Below the pieces are notes generated by a model. The model had not been told where the DNA came from, searched no databases, and saw only the letters and a program-made list of their open reading frames with translations. The position numbers and the translations under genes are program-made. A stretch of DNA of 60,643 nt, counting the filler, from Gonapodya sp. JEL0774 (Eukaryota), in NCBI GenBank assembly GCA_027604505.1. It is 2 parts of 2 records of this genome, joined end to end, with 100 filler letters (N's around TTAATTAATTAA, not from the genome) between each part and the next. Parts side by side here need not be neighbours in the genome. Positions count along the whole stretch, not along the records: positions 1 to 30,470 come from JADIIX010000204.1; positions 30,571 to 60,643 come from JADIIX010000205.1. One strand, written 5' to 3'. Each line of letters opens with the position of its first letter. Position 1 is the stretch's first letter. Below, in pieces: positions 27,131 to 37,432 of the stretch.

Positions 27131-29961
27131 ATGATTCTTCGATTCGCCCTCCTGTCGGCGCTTGTCGCTATTCCCTGTTCTTCCCAAACCCTCACCGTGA
27201 CTTGGAATGTTGCCAATGCAAACACCGTGTGTCTAGAAGTGGGGACAGTGGCGAACAGGACGGTGAGCTCGAGAGACCTGGCTGACGGAAAGCTGGAGTG
27301 ACGCGAGGCGGTGCAGTGACTAACCAGTGGAACTACACGCTTCCCCTTTCGGAATCGCCGGACAGATCACTGAACTTCTGATTGACTGGAGAGAGTACAC
27401 ATCTCTTTTGGATGCCGCCGGTTAGGAAAAGTTCGATTTCGGATTGCCTCTCAGTTGAACTTTAATCCTGTCACTGTATGCGCTACAGGAACATCATTTG
27501 CCGTTAAAACCCCAGCAATAGCTGCTGGTACGGACTCAGTCTCGCATGTTTTCTCCGCAGATTTGCCTGTCGTCAAGGCTTCTGCATGTTGCGCGTGAGT
27601 GCGGCAACCTGTGTACACAAGCTTTTATAATTGACCTCATTGAGCTATTATCAATAAACGGAAAGTGCCGGAAGTGGCTCCGGACCCGCAACGTGTGTCG
27701 GTGGATCTGCTGGGGGCATTCCGGTCAATCCCGCCACATTCAGGCTCTCCGGTGAGTGCTCCTCAAGTAAACAATCGGGAGTACCCCGGAGTTTGATCAC
27801 ACCCAATATAGAAACTACAACTCCAAAACCGAGCTCCACCACTACTCCAGTTATTGTACCGACGACCACTACTGTTCCAGTTATTACCACAACCAGACGT
27901 GTGACCACCACCCTGCCAGTCTTTGGTCAGTCGTGTATTACGATGTGCGCCGGAAGTTTGGATTGCGTTAATGGTGAGAACGCATTTGGATGCGTCCCTC
28001 ATTTCTTTTTGTTATTTATGTCACACGTTCGGATATATACCCTTTGTGCCATCAAGGACTTTGCGTTTGCTTGCCGGGATCTCAGCTTTGCGCCAACTCA
28101 AACAACGCCTGCTGCCTTCCACCGACCACAACCGTTTCCCAAATTATTGAACCATGTGATTTTTCCGTTTTGCTACTATTTCATGGTTTTCGCCCCGACT
28201 TGTCGACTTGCTTACCCGTTCGTCTTCAGCCACTATCCCTGCACCACCACCAACAATAAGCACAAATCCTGTGACAAGCACTGTCACCTCTCCACCTACT
28301 ACTTCTACCACTACGGACAAACTGTCGTCGACTATGGATGGCACACCACCGGGCGGGATTGTCAAAGCGGTTACCACCTCCACCCAAAACGCTCTCCAAA
28401 CCGGAGCTCCACCTCCACCTGCCAGTGGCGAAGACGGCAAGTGAGTGATGGTCATTGCGTTGCCGAGTATAGTTTCCGTTGTCGCGCACATGTCAATCTC
28501 TCCTACTCCTCACAAGTGCCCGTATTATCATCATCGCCATTAGTGCGATAGGTGGACTTGTCGTTGGTGGAATTCTCCTCGTCGGGGGCGCATGGTTTTT
28601 TGGCGGCATGCGCCAGAGGCGTGGCTATCCCGAGATCGACGAAAGGTTAGTGGCCGGTTCGTTTTTGAAGCATTCATGCATTCATTTTGCCCCACCTGTA
28701 GAGACTCCCCGCTACCCCACTTCTATACCTCCCAAGCCACATACCCTGCCGCCCCACATTCTCCAGGGGCCTCAATCTCTGGAAAGTCCGCTTCTGTCGA
28801 CGCCAACTCTCCCCGATCACCTGTATCACCAACGGCAACGGGTATGCCACCGAGTCTGCCTTTTGTCCCCGCTTCTCCCACCAAGTGCGTTATTGCGGCA
28901 CTACTTTATCGTAGTCGCATCATCCATCCTCTCTGAAAATTTTGTTGCCAGATCCGATTCCTCCAATCCCATGGTACAAGTCGGGTCCCGGCAACTCATG
29001 GCTGCTGTACCCCAGGTATCCCCACAACACATGATACTGGCTGGAACTATTGCACCAGCTCCGACAACTGTGGAACATGTGAGCTAGACCCATGTTCTGA
29101 AAGATGTTTGCGCGAGGCCACTTCTGACCCGAATCTTAATGTTTTGTGTGCTTCGCACCAAACAGATATACGTGAGTGTCCTTTCCCTAGCTGCTGTATG
29201 GAAAGCTGCAGTTGGTGATCTTTGTGTCCGAACTCGTTCAACACCTCCTTATCCTTGAAAGTGGTTGTTCCTCAAGTTTGCCCAGCCGCTCAACAGAGTA
29301 TCTGAGGTTAGCGTACCTTACTCGGGGCCTAACCCACTCATAGCGCTGCGCAGAGTACGTCAGTTACCTTTATCTGTCCATCTCACCGGTCACTTACGTT
29401 CTTGTTCTTTTTGCTCTCCATTTTGCACCCGCAGCACACTCCGAGTATGAATGACGAGATCGAACTCATCCCAGGCAACGCTGTGGCCGTTCGCGATGTG
29501 TACAGAGATGGTGAGGGTTTGGCGTATTGCAAGAGTTTTTGGTTTTGTTGTTTCGAGGATTGCGATCGCTCGGAGGCATTTCTTAAACGTACCAACCGTG
29601 TACCTGCCCTTGTTTGTTTCGATTTTGTTTCTTGTCGCACAACAGGGTGGGCTGTCGGAACAAATTTGAACACAATGGCGGATGGTTGTTTTCCGATGTG
29701 AGTCCATACCCGTGGCGCGAGCAAACCTGACGGTCGGGTGGATACTGAAGTTATAATTCTTTGTGTGCAAATCTCAGGGACTCTCTCCGTCTGAGTGACC
29801 TTTTCCTATCTGAGTCCGGTCGCGATGGTGTCCAAATTCACTCGTCGGAGTCAGACGTGGCGAGTGTTCGACGAGAATCGCGAGCACATGTGGTGGATAC
29901 AGACGGGTCTGCGACGTCGAGTAGTGGGAGGATTGCGGTTCGTAGCGCTGTGGGATATTGA
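27131..29961 (+). CDS. Type I membrane protein: signal peptide, Thr-rich stalks, Cys-rich module, TM helix, cytoplasmic SH3 domain
   Basis: MILRFALLSALVAIPCSS; CITMCAGSLDCVN|GLCVCLPGSQLCANSNNACC; TM IIIIAISAIGGLVVGGILLVGGAWFF followed by RQRR; spliced SH3 LIALRR|HTPSMNDEIELIPGNAVAVRDVYRD|GWAVGTNLNTMADGCFP. Confidence 0.72.
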
Positions 29962-30470
29962 GCGGACGTTTGTTCAGACAGTTCATGTTCCGTTGGATCT
30001 CTCGTTTTCAGCCACTTTCAATGGTTTCTGCATTGGGTGATGTACGTGGGCCTCCCCAGAGCTTCTTCGCCCCTTCTTTCGCACCTTCTGTGGATTCGAC
30101 TGCGACCGAAATCTCTCCCGAAAGTGGGCAACCCGAGAAAATTGAGCCTGACGCCAGAGTGGTGCGCGGACCTCGCCCATGGACAGGTGTGAAGTCCGGA
30201 GAGTAAATTATACTTTAATTGTTTGGAATCAGTAAAGTACTGGACATTTGCAGTGTTGGTTATCGTAATCTGCCATAGTTTGTTTCATCATGACCCCGTC
30301 GTTTTCCCCCTGTGTTCCATGCCACTTGTCGGATACTTCTCGACTGTGACGGAAATATCGGCGCATAAAATGTTCGTGTATAATAAGAGAGGTTATACCA
30401 TGATTGAACGGCCACCCCAAAACGCGAGTACTTTCATTTTCAAAATCACACTTTTCTTTTCAAAAGCACG

Positions 30471-30570
30471 NNNNNNNNNNNNNNNNNNNNNNNNNNNNNN
30501 NNNNNNNNNNNNNNTTAATTAATTAANNNNNNNNNNNNNNNNNNNNNNNNNNNNNNNNNNNNNNNNNNNN
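30471..30570. other. Assembly gap with an artificial six-frame stop linker (N44-TTAATTAATTAA-N44)
   Basis: A 100-bp block of Ns with TTAATTAATTAA at 30515-30526, which places stops in all six frames. Confidence 0.95.
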
Positions 30571-31389
30571 GCGCCGGTGAATTCGAATGCATTCGGAGTT
30601 CTGTGGGAGAAATCGCGTGATTGGGGGATGAGGAACGTTTGGAATTTCGCCATGTCTCTGTGAGCGGTTGCCCCCCAAATCTGGACTAGTGGCAACTGAG
30701 GTGAGAGGGAATTCACCTTCCCCAGTGATCAGACGCGTTATTCTGAAAGATGCTGCCTCAAGTCGCCAATTAGAACCTTGACAAGCTGCGATTGATGAAG
30801 AATTCGGTCGATCGATGAGCGGCGGATATGTTGGAGTGCTGACGCGTTTCAATTTAGACGTGCGGCGTTCACGATGAATGTTACCAGGGAAAAGGCACGG
30901 CTTCAGTAAAAGCGTCTATCGGCAATTTAGCGATGATATTGTTTTGTTCGACAGCTACGCTTGCAACTTTAAATTCCAATAGAATATATTTTCCCGTCGA
31001 AGTGAAGGTTGGAGTTTGAGACATCGTACTCATTCTTTGAAGAAAACATGGGACCACGCGTAATCAAATCATACGATTCGCACTTTTTTGATAGTGTGAA
31101 GAAGCGAGAAGATGGATTTGATATCAGATGAAGATCTTCGCAGAAATCTAACGGAACACCATGAACGAGAAGGTGAGTGTACGACCACTACCTGGTGCGT
31201 CGTAAAGCTCTAAAATTCACGAAATGATCTTTATTTTCTAAAATCAACACCGAAATGTTGTTTAATGTAAAGAAAGTTGATGTCAGCATTCACCGGCCTT
31301 GCGCCTGTTACCCGCTGTCTCACACCTTCTTGAACTACGCGCATAAAAGAACCGTTCTGAGCTCCAGTTACAAATTACCCAACCTCGCG

Positions 31390-32298
31390 ATGACGCACTC
31401 GTCTATCGATTTCGACAACCATCCCTACTGTCCGGGCATCATTTTCCAGGCCGCCAGTGGTGAACCACGCGCGCTTGCCACTACATACGAACCGTCGACC
31501 ACCGTAGATCAAGTTCCAAACAATCCTGTTCTCTTCAAGGTCTGCTCAGCACAGCTCGTGTGCTTGTCGGGGTTCTTTGGTACCATGCTGGCTGATCTCG
31601 AGAGTGCAGTAAAGAATGAAGATCCAATCGTGCGTTTTAGGGTTCGACATTGTGGTCTCTTTTTGTTATCTGTATTTTTGGAGAGAACTCAGACAATGGC
31701 GATGGGAATTCACATTTTCCATGCAGATTATCCCAGTTCCTGAGCCTGAAACCACCGTTGCTGCATTTCACACGTGGATCAACAGCACAGGGAGCACACC
31801 TTTCTCACCTCAGATCTGGGTCCGCTCCTCGCCTTCGCCGACAGGTACGACATACTCCGTCTCATGGAAGTCATCAGATGGTACCTTGAAGCTTCGATCC
31901 CGCTCCCAGATCTAGAGCATCTTATGCTCACCGATCGATATGGGTTTGGGACCCTCAAGACCAAAGTGTGGGACGCGGCATCTCAACCTATGTGCTTGGC
32001 AACCTTACAGCACGAAAAGCAATCGGAGGTGTTGCTGCAAATGTCCAAGGAGACAATAGCCAAGCTCATCAAGGCTAAAGTAGAGAAAGACACTCTCATA
32101 GACCAGTACATTCGGAAGCTCATCACGTCAGCGAACTATGCAGGGTACAGTAGGGGTCGAGCAAGTGCCGGAGCGACAGTTACTAATCTCACAGTCCATG
32201 TCCCGGATGTTCGAGTGTCATTGATTTCTCGCACTGGAAGGAGCATTCTCTCCAATGTTGTTTTCCCCAGGCAGAAGTGCTTGGAATTAAAAATGTAA
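31390..32298 (+). pseudogene. BTB/POZ-like gene with an apparent frameshift
   Basis: LFKVCSAQLVCLSGFFGTML...|IIPVPEPETTVAAFHTW, then LLAFADRYDILRL in a different frame (59 nt from W to F, versus 57 nt in the paralog). Confidence 0.65.
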
Positions 32299-32420
32299 GC
32301 TTTTCATATAGCTAGATCGTTTTGTGGGCAAATACGTGTCTTCTTGAAGTATCCGCATATGATGTGTCGAGCGAAGAACTTGCCTTTACTACCAAAAGTA
32401 CATCACTTTGCATCGAGCTC

Positions 32421-32974
32421 ATGTGTCCACTCTATCTATCACATAAATTCTATTTCCACACCGGCGACATTATCTTGGAAGCCGTGCGCCCACCGAATCA
32501 TTCACGTTCAACCAAAGTTTATGGTCTGACGTCATCGATATTTTCAACCAGCTCAACGAGGGACGGTACACGTGATGGCCTTGATATTATCCACTACCGA
32601 GTCCACTCAGGACTTTTGGTCATGTTCTCGATATTTTTCGCCTCTTTGCTGGAGGATTTGAGGACCGTCAGCTCGAAGGACACGACCGTAAGGTGAGCTC
32701 CTTTGTTGCCCAGCACATTTCATAAACCTTCCATGCTGGGACTTTAACTCGCATATACTGATGTTTTCAGATCATCCCGCTTCCGGAATCCCCTTTCGTC
32801 GTTTCACTCTTCCTTGAGTGGCTCTACGACGGTATCTTCCTTTCTGAACCCTCGGTCACACGCCAACTCCTGCAATTCGCTGACAAGTACGACATTCCAT
32901 CGCTCGTTAAAGGGATCAAGCTGTGGGAAAGTCGGATCGGTGATCGCATGAAGATAATGGTGGAGTGCGGGTGA
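32421..32974 (+). CDS. Short BTB/POZ-like protein, tandem paralog
   Basis: FYFHTGDIILEA...YRVHSGLLVMFSIFFASLL...|IIPLPESPFVVSLFLEWLY...LLQFADKYDIPSL; phase-0 intron 32688-32770 at the same position as in the neighbour. Confidence 0.7.
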
Positions 32975-33301
32975 AGGAGTCCGCAGTGGATCAGTTGGAA
33001 GGGAGGAAGAAGTTTCGGGATGGTATCCGAGATTTAGAGCTTCACTAGCGAGTTCTTCATTGCAATGACAACAATTGCAGACAGAATTGTAAGGTCCTTA
33101 GACTAGAGCACACGCCGCTCCTTCACATAGATCAAAGGTCCGAGACTAGCGATTGGTGATATACGCCGATGCCGTACCAATGAGTTGAGCTTGAGTTGTC
33201 TTTCGTTTTCCATGCAGGCTGTGCAGATTTGGACCACGCGAGAAGTTCTACCTCACTCACTCAGTTTTGACGGACTGCCAAAAGCCAAGACCGACGCCCA
33301 T

Positions 33302-34271
33302 TTATTCTGATTTCTTGCACACAAGCTTATGCGCTTTCCAGTGTTTCTTCTGGCAGTCCTCCGAGCAATATCTGGCTACATGACAACGTACACAACGTTT
33401 GAGCCCAGACTCCTTTCCTTCCGTACATTGAACACTCCAACACCACGCATCTGCAGACCAGCCAAGTCTCTTCGCAGACATTTTAGCTAGATCATCTCGC
33501 ACTCTGCTCGATGGAGCGTTTATGTATGGGCCCCAGTACCCGTCAACAGTGCGAACTGGCGTCCAATTTGAGCTTCTTTTCCCACCTCCAATGAGAGATA
33601 TACCCCCCACAAATCCCGGATGTCTCCGGCATAAAAGAATTCAAGAATCTCTGAGCGACTGGCTTTGAACCGCTCATTTGCCTCAGCGTGCTTCACGAAT
33701 TCATCCCCGTCTGCACTTGCGATCCACGTCAGGATGTTGGTGACGAGCAGCTCCAACCCGCGGTCAGAGAAATAATATTCCCTAGCCTCTGGTCTCTTTG
33801 CATGACGTCGCTCCACCTCTTCTGCGAATAAATCCAGGGTTCTCGGTACAACGTTGCAGCCAGGCATTCGAAGCAACGCGACAGCGATGTTGTTCGATTC
33901 GCGACCCCAATAATAGATGATGTTCTTCGCAACAAGGCTGTCCTGTGTCTGAGGACCACCACCAGGCGGGAATGCTCTGGCTGCGATGTCTTGCAGCAAC
34001 GTCCCGAACCCCAGAGCGGTGGTGATAACGTGACGGGCGTGAGATTGCTGAGCAGGCGAACTATTGTACATAGTGCCTTCGATCACATCGTTGAGATTGT
34101 TGAGGAGGAATGATAAGGTAGGAAAAGGGCGGGTAGCGAGGACCTCGGAGAAGAACTTTACGATCATGGACGGGATAGGTCCAGAGCGTCACGTTGAATC
34201 GCCAGGACTTCCCAGAGCGGGTCACTGTCGACCGTTTCAAAGTCATAAATTTTGGAGTCGATCGTCTTCAT
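33302..34271 (-). pseudogene. MYND zinc-finger gene copy 1, two frameshifts
   Basis: C-terminal RCVRCHVARYCSEDCQKKHWKAHKLVC. Alignment to copy 2 requires frame changes at ~34165 and ~33530. Confidence 0.75.
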
Positions 34272-34639
34272 TGCTCTTCCAGCAAGAATCCAAACAATGA
34301 ATGTGAAACTTTACAAAGTATGCCCCTGCACACTTGTGAAGGCCCCACAGAAAACCGGTGGCGAATTCTCATTGCACTGCTAGAGAGGGCCCCACTGGAG
34401 AAACTGGCTTAGAGTGGAGTGAGAGGATATGTTCCGACCCGGCGGGTCACTCATCATCCACAGTTTGCAACGCTAGCGTTTGCTACTCGGGAGGTTCTAC
34501 AATGATCGCCGGTCGGAACTGAAACTATATAAGATGCTTTTGTATCGCCTAAACGCACGTCTCTTAGTCCCTAGCTTGTGTGCAGCAATAACTGCCGCGT
34601 CCACGTCCATTGTTCATTCAGATACTCCAGGCCGTGTGT

Positions 34640-35602
34640 CTACTCCGCTCGCTCCTTGCACACTAGTTTATGCGCCTTCCAATGTTTCTTTTGACACTCC
34701 TCCGAGCAATACCTCGCCACATGACACCTCCGACACCGTTTGTGACCGATAGCCTTCCCTGACACACTCACCACACTCCAGCAGCACGCGTCCGCCGACC
34801 AACTTTGCGCCTCTTTGATTTTATGGTCCACAATAACGCTCTCCTGGATCCTCCCTAGCGCCAGTTTGCGGTACGGATTGCTCCTGCCCCCCGTGAGCAG
34901 AGCGAATGGCCGAGTTCCTTCTCCTTGGCGAGCTCGGCAGAGAGGTAGAGTCACCACCGGTCGTAGATGGGGCCTTGGTTGAACAGCCGGAGCATCAAGG
35001 GACGACAAGCCTTGAATCGCTCGTTGCCCTCCACTTGTTTCACGAACGTATCGCCCTCCCCAGCGATCATCCACCCGTCGTAGTCAGAAGTTCGGGGCAT
35101 TTGTCGGAGAAGAACAATTCGCGCTCAGGCGGTCTCTTGGCATGGCGCCGCTCGACCTCGACGGCGTACGTGTCCAGGGTTAGTACTCGGGTCGCAGGAG
35201 TGCATCGCGAGTGTTTCGGGAATCGCGGCCAACGTACCAGACGATGTTCTTGGCGAACAGACTTTCCATCGTTTCTGGCCCGTCTCCAGGCGGGAACGTC
35301 AGCCGAAAAATATCTCTGAGCAAGGTCCCGTAAGCACGTGCGTTGTTGAGGACATGACGGGACTGGGCTCGTTGGGCGGGAGAAAAGTCGTGTGTGTTTC
35401 CGACAATGGCGTCGCTAAGATTGGTGAGAAAGAACGAGGTGGTGCTGATTTGCGCCGTGGCGAGGACTCGGGCGAAATACTCAACGATGAGATCCGGGCG
35501 AGACGGGTCGAGCAAGTCCCGCTCCATCACCAAGGGGATCCAGTTGGGGTCGGATTCGGCGTAGTCATCTAATTCGTAGATCTATGAATCGATCGTCTTC
35601 AC
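34640..35602 (-). pseudogene. MYND zinc-finger gene copy 2, heavily decayed
   Basis: RCRRCHVARYCSEECQKKHWKAHKLVC. Start codon is GTG, in-frame TAG at 35582-35584, in-frame TGA near 34951, several frameshifts relative to copy 1. Confidence 0.8.
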
Positions 35603-35872
35603 TGCGCAGGGGCATGTATGGTCGATCAAACTGTTTTGTTGCACTTGCTGCGCTGCCTGCTGGCTCACAATATACCAGGAACCAGTGAGGGAAGATGGTC
35701 TAAAAATTGAAAATATAAAACACAAAGTGATAGTTTCATACTGAGTTAAATGCCCGAAAATTCGAAAGTTCAATGTGTCCCGCTCCTGTCTCGGATACGG
35801 TTGACTCCAACGCGCCACTGACGCGCCACCAACTAAAGCCACACACAAGGAAGCCTCTCTCGTATACGATGT

Positions 35873-37143
35873 TCAAGCAGCATCCTCAGCTTGCTCAGCC
35901 ACATCTTGCTTCTTTGGTCCCTTTGTTCGCGCCGCCGACCTGCGCACCTTGCCCTTGTTACTGGTCCGTCGTGCGCCGCCTCCCGGTTTCCTGGCATCCA
36001 CACCTTCAGTCGCTTGAGGATCGACATCCGCTGGGGTCTCCGGCGTCGATGGGGAAGGTGGCGCTTGGACAACTCCGGCGAGTCCCTGCAACCCCTGTAG
36101 AAAGTGCGGCGATGTGGCGACAGCGTCTACGTTGATATGGTCGACGGTTCCAGTTTCAAGTGATGCGTGTAGGCCAGAGTCCGTTGCCGGTTGATCGCTA
36201 TCGGCCGGTTCGAGGCCATCTGGTGACTGGACCGTGGTGTGGAGACGTTGTTCCGCGAAAGAGCGCAAGTACGCCTCCGCTTGCGCCTGCACCGAGTTCA
36301 ACCCTTCCACCGCGTACTGGACGTCCGCTTGCGCGACGAGCCTGAGTGTCTGTCCGCCTCTCTTCATGATGTTGGAGATTGTCTGCTGGGTGACCTCGAG
36401 TCCGAACCGCTCCTTGACAAAGATCACGGCGTCTGCCTGTCTTCGGGCAGGCTCCTCAAGGAGCCACTGGCGAACCTCGAGTTCGTTGAGCGGATTTAGC
36501 TTCTTGGGGCGACGTTGACGGCGGTATTTCTGAGGGTCGTTGGCGACCTCCTCCGATGTTGGGGGAACAGGTTTGGAGAGCCAAGCGTAGATGGTGCGGT
36601 AAGAAACTCCAAAGAAGGTTGCGAGGTCCTGTCAGCACGCGAGAAACCCGAGGACGAGAAAATGATGCATTTGGCCGGAATCGTGGGCAGTCAGCGCAAT
36701 GCGGAGAAGTCTGAGGGTGATCTCACTGCAGCGCCGACGAAAGAGACGAAACTCACCCGTGCACTGAAGTTCGTGCTCTCCTTGAGCAATTTGCAAGTGG
36801 TAATGGCCGTTCTCCTGTCCATATTGAGAAGGTTGGGAACCTGAGCTGCCAGGAGAGGAGCGGCTTCCCCGACCAGGCTGAATGTCGAGCGAGGACCTTT
36901 TCCATGGTGATGGCTGCTCGCTTCGGCAGTGCTCACTTCTGCGTCGCGCTGTTGGTGCGATGCTCCTTCTTCTTCGATTGCCGGGTGATTCGGTGCGGAG
37001 AACGAAGTGAGCAGCATTGCGAGTGTTGTGGAGTCGAAATGTTCGTCTGCGCTTCCCGTTTGTGCTGCATCGACGCGTTCTCGGTTGTCTTGACGCTCGT
37101 TTGTTGCTGCGGTGGTGTGCGTGGGAGACTCTGCGTCGGCCAT
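35873..37143 (-). CDS. Tc1/mariner-IS630-type bipartite HTH DNA-binding protein lacking a DDE domain
   Basis: Spliced NFSAR|DLATFFGVSYRTIYAWLSK...RRQRRPKKLNPLNELEVRQWL...FVKERFGLEVTQQTISNIMKR, followed by a low-complexity tail. Confidence 0.7.
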
Positions 37144-37432
37144 TGAGAGAAGTGGATTTTTGGTGAAACGTGTAGGGGTGGCGGTAGTGACGATAATTAC
37201 TTGTACGAAGACCTTGCACTCCGCAACACCGCAAAATGAATCTATAATTTGTGAATCCTTATTTGGTACTCGGGATGACTGTCATATGCACTTATCGGAA
37301 ATACTGGGAATAACTCGCATGCTTCGGTGTACCACCTGCCGCTTGATCCGGAACCTACAGAGGACACGTCGTACAATATGAACAGTGCTTCATCACTTAT
37401 ACCGGTTACGACTAGAACTCCGATGGCGACTC

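Noticed and set aside
30515..30526. Perfect palindrome TTAATTAATTAA within Ns
   Set aside because: Artificial contig-joining linker. It also means adjacency across the gap is not guaranteed.
35582..35584. In-frame TAG aligned with a Lys codon, hinting at stop-codon reassignment
   Set aside because: The same gene has frameshifts and a TGA, and TAG terminates intact genes here (LSM2, SDR). Simple pseudogenisation explains it.
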